From: an uncultured virus (IMG/VR IMGVR_UViG_3300029305_005063)
Lineage: Duplodnaviria; Heunggongvirae; Uroviricota; Caudoviricetes
Length of the DNA stretch: 20,000 nt
Virus record (IMG/VR): IMGVR_UViG_3300029305_005063
Reading direction: 5' to 3' (one strand)
The notes under the pieces were generated by a model that did no database searches, had not been told where the DNA came from, and saw only the letters and a program-made list of their open reading frames with translations. Both the position numbers and the translations under genes were made by a program. Shown in pieces: positions 8,401 through 15,323 of this stretch (within the stretch, counting starts at the first letter, position 1; each line of letters begins with the position of its first letter).

Positions 8401-11400
8401 AAGGCGACAGGTCACGCGCTTGATGCGGTCAAGGAGAAAGCTCATGAGGTTGAAAGCAAGATAGTTGCCAACATCTCTGAGTCGACTGGTGTTCCAGCAG
8501 AGACGCTATCTAAGGCTCTCCGTGGAGACAAGGAAGCTCTTGAAGCTGTTAAGAAAGCTGCGCCTGAAGTCTGGGATAAGATCAAGCAGGAGCAGCTCAG
8601 CAAGGAAGCCCTCGAAAAGCGTAAAGAATCCATCGTTCAGGGTGCTAAGGATCTTAAGGACACCATCAACGAGTCCATCAAGGAAGGTGTGAAGCAGGCT
8701 GGTGCTGCGTATGCTGCATCCAAGGCTACTGCCGCCGAATATGGTGCTGCGTTCCGCGAAGGAGCTGGCATCAAGGACAAAGTTGAAGGTCCCAAGGTAG
8801 AAGGTGTTGAGGCTGACATACCTGACACCACGATCACTCCTGACAAGCCGAGGGATCTCGTCAACGATGAGTTGATGAAACTCTTGACTGAGTGGAGAGA
8901 CGCTACAACGACTGAGCACACCAAGATCTCTGACCTTGTAACTGCGATCGGTCAGCAGCTCGCTGACGGTATCAACGTGAACGGTATCGGAGGTGGCGGC
9001 GGTGGTGGTGAAGGCACCATCAAGCGTAAACGCTACGGTCTGTTCGGTAGAGCTGGAGACGCAATATCGCGCGGTGCTAAAGGTCTCGGTGGTGCACTCT
9101 GGAGCGGAGCTAAGAAAGTCGGTGGACTCTACACCACGATCTACGGTTCTCTCTGGAGAGGTGCTTCCAACGTTGCTGGATCTGTTTATCGCGGAGCCGC
9201 TAACGCTGCACGGTTCGTTACTTCGGAAATCGGAGTGACTCCTTATCTGGACTTGTACGTCAAGGGACAGGAAGGTTCTGCACCTATCCTTACCTGGCGT
9301 AAACAGGCCTACGGCAAGGGTGTTGTCTTCGTGAATGACGATGGCTCCTTGGGAGACCGAGTCAAGACCACGAAGGAAATCATCAAGAGCAAGAAGCAGG
9401 TTGCTGATCCTGAGACTGGTAACATTCTCGTCTCGTATGAGGATCATGAGAAAGGACTCTGGTGCAGAGCCTCTGGACTTTCCACGATTTCTCGTATGGG
9501 CATGCTCGGCATCCGTGCGTACGGTAGCATCTACAGTTCTGCTATCAAGGCTGTTGGTGGCATAGGCAAAGTCGTTGCTGAAGGCATCTTCGGTAAAGGC
9601 GGTGGAGAGGCCCCTAAGTTCGTTGACGTGTATCTCAAAGGTCACATCAAAGACGGTCCTCTCGTCACGCGTCGTCAGCAGGTCAAGGGATTTGTAGTGT
9701 TTAAGGATGGTTCGAAGGTTGAAAGATCTTCTGACATCCACGAGCCTGTCTACGACATCACGACCGACCCTCCGTCTATCCTCGTAACTGAGGAACAGAT
9801 CAAGGAAGGTCTCTGCGATGTCAACGGCAATCCTCTTGGCACCGGCACTCCTGGAAGAGAAGGTCTTCTTGGCAAGATGTTCAACCTCGGAGGAACCATC
9901 GCTAAAGGCATATTCGGCAAAACCGGATTGAAGATAGTCGGTGGTGCACTCAGTGGTCTGGGCGCTATGTACAAGGGTATCTTCGATGCTATCCTGGGTG
10001 GTGGTTCTGCTATCGGTCGTGGCGTTGCCAACATCGGTGCTCGACTGTTCGGTTTCGATAACCCCAACGGGTTCGGTCGTAAAGCTTTCACGGGTTTGAA
10101 CACTCGTCTTGATGCACTCATCCGTGTTGCGGAAGCTATCCGTGACATCGCTGGTGAGATCAGGGACAACGGTGGAACAGGTGGAGGTGGTGGTAGTGGA
10201 GACGGAGGAAGTGGTGGAGGATCTGGTGGTCTTTCTCCTAAGGGTGGACCTGGAGGTGGCAGACGTAGACGTCGCACCAGAAGGACTGCTCGTAGGACTG
10301 CTGCTCCAGCTGAAAGTGAAGACACCATCTCGGAAGAGGTGAGTTCTATCGCTTCGGAAGATCCGTTCGACACGACCCCTGAAGAACTTGCACGTGCTAA
10401 GAAGCGTAAAGCTGCTCTCAAGAAGGCTGCATCTAGAGCTGGAAAGTGGGTAGCTGACACGAAGCTTGGTAAATGGGTTGCTGGTACTAAGGTAGCTCAG
10501 GGAATCGGAAGAGGTTACAGGAAAGCAGCAGGTTACGTCAAGTCGCTCTATGAGGACGACGAAGAAGGCGAAGAGTCTGGTTCCACTTCTAAGAAGGGGA
10601 AGAAGACTGGAGGCCGTAAACGTACACCTTCTGCTGGAACTGCACGTTCCGGTGGTTCTTCGAAATACACTGCTGAAGCCCGTAAGGGGAAAGCTGCTGC
10701 TATCGCCGGACGTGGTAAGTCCGCCAAGGAAGAACACGTTGAAACCAGCTGGGCTACTGAAGAGGAGCTTGCGGCTGAGAATGGTGATAGCGACGGAATG
10801 AGCTTGCTTGATTACTACTTCTACTACTCGATGCTCCCTGCAAAGTGGAGGAACAAGTTGAAGTGGAAGTTCCGTAACATCAAGAACTTCGGTAAAGCGA
10901 TCCGTAAGGGTTCCTGGAATGCGATGAAGCAAGGCTGGAAGGGATTCCGCAGCGGCAAGGGCATAATGGGTAAGATAAGAGGCGCTGGTTCTGGTATGAA
11001 GAAGGGCTACCTGAAATCATACCGTTCTACCAGGAACGCCTTCAAGCGTACCATGCCTAAGTCGATGAAGAAGCCCGGAAAGCTGACGAAGCTGGTCAAA
11101 GGTGCGTGGGGCAGAGGCGTTGCGGCGGCGAAAGGCGCGGCAGCAGCTGTAGGACGTGCTGGAACTGCGGCTAAAACTGCGTTCAAAACAGCACGTGCTG
11201 CTACATCTACAGCCCAAGCTGTAAAGACGTCGGCACGTGTTGCAAGGACTGCTAAATCGGCAAGAACTGTGACTCGTGCGACGAGAGTTGCTCGTGGTGC
11301 CAAAGCCGGCACGCGTATGGCTAAAGCTAGCAGGATGATGAGAGGCGGTCGTGGAATCGGTCGTATACTCCGTCCTGTCGGTGCAGCTATAGCTGCTGGA

Positions 11401-14400
11401 GCTGGTGCACTATTCGCTAAGAACGCCGTACAAGCTGCTTCCACTGCAGCACCTGGTGCTGCTCAGGCTGCTGGACAGCTGTTCCATCCTGACGCAATGA
11501 AAGCCATCAACAAGGGCGCTGCTGAAGGAGCTAAGGGAGCTGCTAAATCTGGTTCCTGGTGGACACGTATTTTCGGTGGTGGTGAAAAAGCCGCCGGCGA
11601 AGCCGCGACTAAGGGAGCTGAAAAGGTTGCCGCAAAGGGAGCAGCTAAGGCTGGTGAAAAGGCTGCTGCCAAAGCAGCTGAGAAAGCTGCGGCTGGAGTC
11701 GCTGAAGGCGCTAACGCTGGAGCTGAGGCTGCTGGTAAGAAAGCTCTCCCCAAGGGATCTGCTGCCGCTATCCTCGACTTCATGATCGCAGGCGCTGATG
11801 CTAATGAAGCTCGCAAGGATGAAAACGTCCGCTCTACCTTCGGCAAGAGCTGGAAGGACGAAGTAACCGAGCATGAGAAAGACGTTGCTGGAGGACAAGC
11901 GGCACAGAACGCTATGTCTTCTGGTATGCTGTTCGGACTCGACCACCTGATCTTGGGAGATAGCATCAACAACAAGATCGGCGAATGGGCGTTCGGTGAT
12001 CGCAATGCCAAGGAGAAAGCCTCCAAGGAGATCGATCAGCTCTGGGGTGCCGACAAGGTGAGTGTAGCAACGAACCTTCGCGGTAAACTAGGTGATCACG
12101 GTGGTTGGGATTACATTAACCCGATCGTCGGTCTGGCTAACGTGACTGATGGTATCACAAACACAGCCGACAGGCTTGGTAAGGACATCATCGGTTCTGT
12201 TGTTGGCCTGGGTACTCTAGCGTACCAGAACTCTAAGAACAGAAGCGACGCGTATGACTCTATTCAGAAGTTCTTGGATGAACATCCTGAGCTAGCCAAG
12301 ACCAAAGAAGGCCAGGCTGCTATGAAGTCTCAGTTCTTTGGGGACGCTGAAGACATGGGCAAAGCGCAGGAAGCTTTGTTCCAGAAATGGATTGCGAATA
12401 AGACTGCGGACATAAACGCAAAGCTCAAAGCCTATATGTCTAAGTTCGCACCTGAAATGGAAGGTGTCGTCTACGATCGCAAGAGCACGGACGGCAAACT
12501 TGTCATTGGGTCTAACCAGCTGCAGAGACTGGTGAACTGGTGCATGCGAGCCAGCCCCGAGTTCAAGAGTGCGTACCTTGCTCACAACAAGAAGTTCCGC
12601 GCAACCAAGGTTAAAGACCGTGGTAAATTTCCGGCTTGGTATGAAGACAAGGAAATGGCGAGTCTGTTCTCGACGTGGTACACGGCGAACATCGACAAGA
12701 CGTTCCATGTTGACAAATCCGATCCGAATTACACGTGGGTCAAGGAAGGTCCCAATCCTTCTAAGAAACCGAGCGTTGAAAAGGCTAAGGATGCGGCCAA
12801 AGAAGCTGCTGAGAAGAAGCCCGAAACCAACACTGGCACTGGAGCAGCTGCAGCCGCTAAGACTGTTGCTGAGAAGGTAACTAGTGGTAAAGGTGGTGGA
12901 TCTGAATTCAAGGGTTCTGGATACGGCAAGGGTGCTCTCGACTGGGACGCGATATCCAAGAAGGCCGTTGACAAGTTCGGCGGTCCTGTTACAGTGTCTT
13001 CACTCGGACTCCCGAAGTTCAAGGAGAAGTTCGCTGACTTTGTTGAAGCCTCGCCTGAGTACAACAAACTCTCGTTGGTTAAGCAAAGCGATGCTGATGA
13101 TCAAGTTGGTTCGATAGCCGACAAGATCTACGCTGACTGCAAGAAGTCTGCCGAACCCACTAAGGAGAAAGTCAAAGCTGCCTTGGAGGGTAAGCAACCT
13201 TTAGATGCCACGTCTGAACCCGGCAAAAAGGATGAAACTGCAAAAGCTGCACAAGCCGCTGCCAGCGCTGTCCCAGAGCCAGTCAAAGACAAAGCGTCAG
13301 GTAAGCCTCCGGTGGACGTTCCAGCCGCATTCAAGGGTGGGCGCAGACGCACGATGACGAGAGCGCAAGTTGCTGCAATCAACAAGCGTAACAAAGAAGT
13401 GATGGAGTCTGCACCTCCTGAACTCAAGAAGCTCATCCCTGAACTGTTTGACACACTCACCCCAGAGAACATCACGGAGATTGTCGAAACTAACAAATTG
13501 AAGAAGGTTTCCAAAGACAAGCTTGCTCGTTCGGTTAAAAGCCTTAATGAGCACACTATCTTTGACATGCCTCTGATCTGGTACCAAAATACCAAAGAGA
13601 AGTCGCTACCTCCTGTCGAGCTTGTTAGAAGAGACATCGCGCAGTATCTCGGAAAGGGTAGGACTGACGATAAACACGCTGCTGCTATGTGGTGTGCGTC
13701 TTACTTAGTATTCGGATTCACATCGTGGTCTCCGGAACTTAGCAAGATGTACGTTCGTCGGTACAAATACGCTGCCGACGGTTCTCCTGCAGGTCAGTTG
13801 TGGAGTGCATTCCACAACAAGCAACCTCTGTCTGAAGGAGCTGCTGCTGATGAAGCAGCGCAACCTAAGGCATACAAGGAAGCCAAAGCTAAGTGGGAAG
13901 CGGCGCTTGCCGATAGAGAAGCCAAAGAAGAAGAAATCGATAGTAAGCGCAGTGCGGCTTGGAAACAAGTCAAAGGCGATTACGATGCGAAGTGGAGAGA
14001 GTTCTGCAAGTCTAAGAACTACGATCCTGACAACGATGACTTCGATATCGGCAGCCTGGATACATTCAGGAAACTTCGTAAAGAGTTCACCGAGAAACAC
14101 GGCAAAGAACCTGACTACAGGGAGTGGTTAAAAGCGCACCCTGAGTTTGATGTTCAGAAGTTCCGTAAGGAGCATGACATCGGAGAAAGACCTGATCTCG
14201 ATGCATACGAAGAAGCTGAGGCTGCTAAGAAGAAAGACGAGAAATCGTCTTCGACTGGTAAAGCTCCCAGTACCAAACCAGCAGCTCCAAGTAAAACGGA
14301 GCCCGCCGCGTCGACCCCCAAGAAACCCAGCACACCAGCTGAGAAACTTGGCGGGCAGTCGCCGGTAGCGTCCAAGATCGGAACAGGCGAACAACTCTCT

Positions 14401-15204
14401 CACAACGAAGCAGTGAATGACTACGTCCAGTCGATAGGCGGTGTTAAAGCCGTCCGCAAGATGAAGATGTGGGACTTCGTAAATGCTGTCAAGAAGCATG
14501 CTGCTAACGATAAGAAAGTTGAGCCTCACAATAGGCGAGTGCACGTATCGGCTGCAGAGATGCATGCTAAAGTAGCATACGCCAAAGCGTTCGGCATAAC
14601 CGGTCAGTTCTCGGCTAGGATGGGTGAACTAATCGATCCTAAGACGGGCAAGCCGGTCGTGCTTGACACGGACGCGCCTACCCAGACTGAGACGGGTGAA
14701 GTGACGGGTCAGGCTCTCGATGCGCAGAAGCGTGATGCTGCGTCAAAGAAGCCTGATGGCGTGATGCTTCACATGACGGAGCCCGCCGCGTCGACCCCCA
14801 AGAAACCGGACGAAACGCTCCTGACGCCTCCTCAGAAGCCGAAGGAATTCGTTTCGCCGGTTGACCTACGGTCTTCCGCACAAGCCGCACAGAACAACCG
14901 AGTTGATCGTGTTGTAGGTGCTCTCAAACCAGCTGCACAAGTCGGTCCCACGATCGCAGCAGCACAAGAAATGAATTCGAATCAGCTTCAAGCTGTCGTG
15001 GATTCAAACAACGAACTCTCTTCACTGTTGCGCAGTGCGCTTGGTGGTGATGGACTTCGTGTTGCTGGCATGGAAACGCTTATCGGCGTTACTGCTAGTG
15101 GCATCGGAGGCGGTGGTGGTCAACAGCCGCAGATCATCAACAACAATTACTCTGCGCCGGAAGACACTGGAGAGGGAATTGACCTTCGTAAGAAACAGCT
15201 CTAA
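5467..15204 (+). CDS. Giant tape-measure-like tail protein, 3245 aa (phiKZ gp182-like N-terminus plus gp181-like body)
   Basis: GAAAGGT RBS. Acidic N-terminus. Motifs YMKKSLELKYKHLF, IVKNTSLPD and FDKITRQSIVEIIPGYLGKI..E...RTG. Two DxYxKG...GL repeats, long Gly/Ala/Lys amphipathic tracts and C-terminal IDLRKK. Followed by a terminator. Confidence 0.85.
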   Translation: MAKSDKNRERDRELDTEIDMEEMDDLTLEDPWGGESSTDDTGGRKPANPSRRILTEGVKGMAEGAMETVGTELERNMPNLGVVASEVKGTYEDILEVKDEISKQLQPLTLSMEKTARKILPRAEKLLPKSWYQKIKTTLDRREDERRAASGAPSRSVESERADLISSELAAVFQQQLEMNQHNELEEKKRELMDRAVSSTQHRDDQHAYARIYDSVRSIELSHRTHMLAYMKKSLELKYKHLFIAQDTFNLLSRTASVYEGYLQGIVKNTSLPDVMKTNMSDYIRKSRTDKYGTMMADFMSNARKIFFDRVKSSIKNLGSNLQFAMSGIDQTMEGIDMANEMGEMTGDSNAGTAMAARMGGGLLGSLLAAGPTRRLLQKFAPWTRTINGKLGNVKTRAYMGLDKKRAEWSQSGNFFKELIADFLPSINTGVTGSNDLLTKGEDAAAFDKITRQSIVEIIPGYLGKIWHEIAMLRTGRDDIEEQGFNLHRRRFTTVSQIQEDIFNDERMFGGKGIQTQAVSRALATVRRGIKHKSPDENAENVLKGKEDVLSKIIANHVQWREHFDPDTLSQFAAAPNSERFARNSYIQKISKGINLRDFVVVTRAIARGLTDKDGKLNTDLCRNFDNAILDAWQQADSYLKTTPYFTEAMGMRRFMADVDEVSVLEDVLDENGKVVGQAKKIIQKGRRGLIGDSNKINRDLVGERMSRFESGDVAAYEQGYDRDLQGYLSDLDYVRTRLHEMKDDLKKSRTYKSAVDFWTAASAPFKTPGVPTPGAPGAAGATPKDVVPGAEGSPDFMGPMPFDKLPKSQQVEFLLRRGDYRGAAAAGLKGAAGSVVDFAKKAGTAVNNVSGVAAAKVGASGTLRSWAKDTWNWVDKKLDSLPQSPEEVEACIDNLGDQCASLWKKTPKDRKAALKRLRQLEKKLRKRFPKQAAFIDAKIKQMEEYEKAIEDSRVGKFVKATGKYAKKKADPYVEKVSKATGHALDAVKEKAHEVESKIVANISESTGVPAETLSKALRGDKEALEAVKKAAPEVWDKIKQEQLSKEALEKRKESIVQGAKDLKDTINESIKEGVKQAGAAYAASKATAAEYGAAFREGAGIKDKVEGPKVEGVEADIPDTTITPDKPRDLVNDELMKLLTEWRDATTTEHTKISDLVTAIGQQLADGINVNGIGGGGGGGEGTIKRKRYGLFGRAGDAISRGAKGLGGALWSGAKKVGGLYTTIYGSLWRGASNVAGSVYRGAANAARFVTSEIGVTPYLDLYVKGQEGSAPILTWRKQAYGKGVVFVNDDGSLGDRVKTTKEIIKSKKQVADPETGNILVSYEDHEKGLWCRASGLSTISRMGMLGIRAYGSIYSSAIKAVGGIGKVVAEGIFGKGGGEAPKFVDVYLKGHIKDGPLVTRRQQVKGFVVFKDGSKVERSSDIHEPVYDITTDPPSILVTEEQIKEGLCDVNGNPLGTGTPGREGLLGKMFNLGGTIAKGIFGKTGLKIVGGALSGLGAMYKGIFDAILGGGSAIGRGVANIGARLFGFDNPNGFGRKAFTGLNTRLDALIRVAEAIRDIAGEIRDNGGTGGGGGSGDGGSGGGSGGLSPKGGPGGGRRRRRTRRTARRTAAPAESEDTISEEVSSIASEDPFDTTPEELARAKKRKAALKKAASRAGKWVADTKLGKWVAGTKVAQGIGRGYRKAAGYVKSLYEDDEEGEESGSTSKKGKKTGGRKRTPSAGTARSGGSSKYTAEARKGKAAAIAGRGKSAKEEHVETSWATEEELAAENGDSDGMSLLDYYFYYSMLPAKWRNKLKWKFRNIKNFGKAIRKGSWNAMKQGWKGFRSGKGIMGKIRGAGSGMKKGYLKSYRSTRNAFKRTMPKSMKKPGKLTKLVKGAWGRGVAAAKGAAAAVGRAGTAAKTAFKTARAATSTAQAVKTSARVARTAKSARTVTRATRVARGAKAGTRMAKASRMMRGGRGIGRILRPVGAAIAAGAGALFAKNAVQAASTAAPGAAQAAGQLFHPDAMKAINKGAAEGAKGAAKSGSWWTRIFGGGEKAAGEAATKGAEKVAAKGAAKAGEKAAAKAAEKAAAGVAEGANAGAEAAGKKALPKGSAAAILDFMIAGADANEARKDENVRSTFGKSWKDEVTEHEKDVAGGQAAQNAMSSGMLFGLDHLILGDSINNKIGEWAFGDRNAKEKASKEIDQLWGADKVSVATNLRGKLGDHGGWDYINPIVGLANVTDGITNTADRLGKDIIGSVVGLGTLAYQNSKNRSDAYDSIQKFLDEHPELAKTKEGQAAMKSQFFGDAEDMGKAQEALFQKWIANKTADINAKLKAYMSKFAPEMEGVVYDRKSTDGKLVIGSNQLQRLVNWCMRASPEFKSAYLAHNKKFRATKVKDRGKFPAWYEDKEMASLFSTWYTANIDKTFHVDKSDPNYTWVKEGPNPSKKPSVEKAKDAAKEAAEKKPETNTGTGAAAAAKTVAEKVTSGKGGGSEFKGSGYGKGALDWDAISKKAVDKFGGPVTVSSLGLPKFKEKFADFVEASPEYNKLSLVKQSDADDQVGSIADKIYADCKKSAEPTKEKVKAALEGKQPLDATSEPGKKDETAKAAQAAASAVPEPVKDKASGKPPVDVPAAFKGGRRRTMTRAQVAAINKRNKEVMESAPPELKKLIPELFDTLTPENITEIVETNKLKKVSKDKLARSVKSLNEHTIFDMPLIWYQNTKEKSLPPVELVRRDIAQYLGKGRTDDKHAAAMWCASYLVFGFTSWSPELSKMYVRRYKYAADGSPAGQLWSAFHNKQPLSEGAAADEAAQPKAYKEAKAKWEAALADREAKEEEIDSKRSAAWKQVKGDYDAKWREFCKSKNYDPDNDDFDIGSLDTFRKLRKEFTEKHGKEPDYREWLKAHPEFDVQKFRKEHDIGERPDLDAYEEAEAAKKKDEKSSSTGKAPSTKPAAPSKTEPAASTPKKPSTPAEKLGGQSPVASKIGTGEQLSHNEAVNDYVQSIGGVKAVRKMKMWDFVNAVKKHAANDKKVEPHNRRVHVSAAEMHAKVAYAKAFGITGQFSARMGELIDPKTGKPVVLDTDAPTQTETGEVTGQALDAQKRDAASKKPDGVMLHMTEPAASTPKKPDETLLTPPQKPKEFVSPVDLRSSAQAAQNNRVDRVVGALKPAAQVGPTIAAAQEMNSNQLQAVVDSNNELSSLLRSALGGDGLRVAGMETLIGVTASGIGGGGGQQPQIINNNYSAPEDTGEGIDLRKKQL
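9250..9840 (+). repeat. Two diverged ~70-aa repeats (D-[LV]-Y-[VL]-K-G ... P-[IL] ... D ... ILV ... GL) within the tail protein
   Basis: Copy 1 at 9250-9459: DLYVKGQEGSAPILTWRKQ...NILVSYEDHEKGL. Copy 2 at 9625-9840: DVYLKGHIKDGPLVTRRQQ...SILVTEEQIKEGLCDVNGNPLG. Confidence 0.8.
14296..14327 (+). repeat. 32-bp perfect direct repeat, copy 1 (encodes TEPAASTPKKP)
   Basis: ACGGAGCCCGCCGCGTCGACCCCCAAGAAACC, identical to 14776-14807. Confidence 0.95.
14776..14807 (+). repeat. 32-bp perfect direct repeat, copy 2
   Basis: Identical to 14296-14327, offset by exactly 480 nt in the same frame. Confidence 0.95.
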
Positions 15205-15220
15205 TCAACGAGTGTTTTCT

Positions 15221-15266
15221 GTCTCTGAGGTACCCTACAAGGGGTACCTCAGAGGCTTGTTTTCTT
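15221..15266 (+). terminator. Intrinsic terminator after the giant tail gene
   Basis: Stem GTCTCTGAGGTACCCT / GGGGTACCTCAGAGGC (13 perfect bp plus G.U extensions) with an ACAA loop, followed by TTGTTTTCTT. Confidence 0.8.
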
Positions 15267-15323
15267 AGGCAAAAGTGCCAGCAATCATATAGTCTTTTGA
15301 ACCATTTAAGGAGTTTATATCCA

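Noticed and set aside
6694..10932. Long minus-strand ORFs (583 and 808 aa)
   Set aside because: They are in-register antisense shadows of the tail gene. The S/T/L/F-rich composition mirrors the sense A/G/K/E codons.
14296..14807. 32-bp repeats as a CRISPR array or IS target duplication
   Set aside because: There are only two copies, 480 nt apart and in frame within a CDS, with no cas or transposase gene and no terminal inverted repeats.
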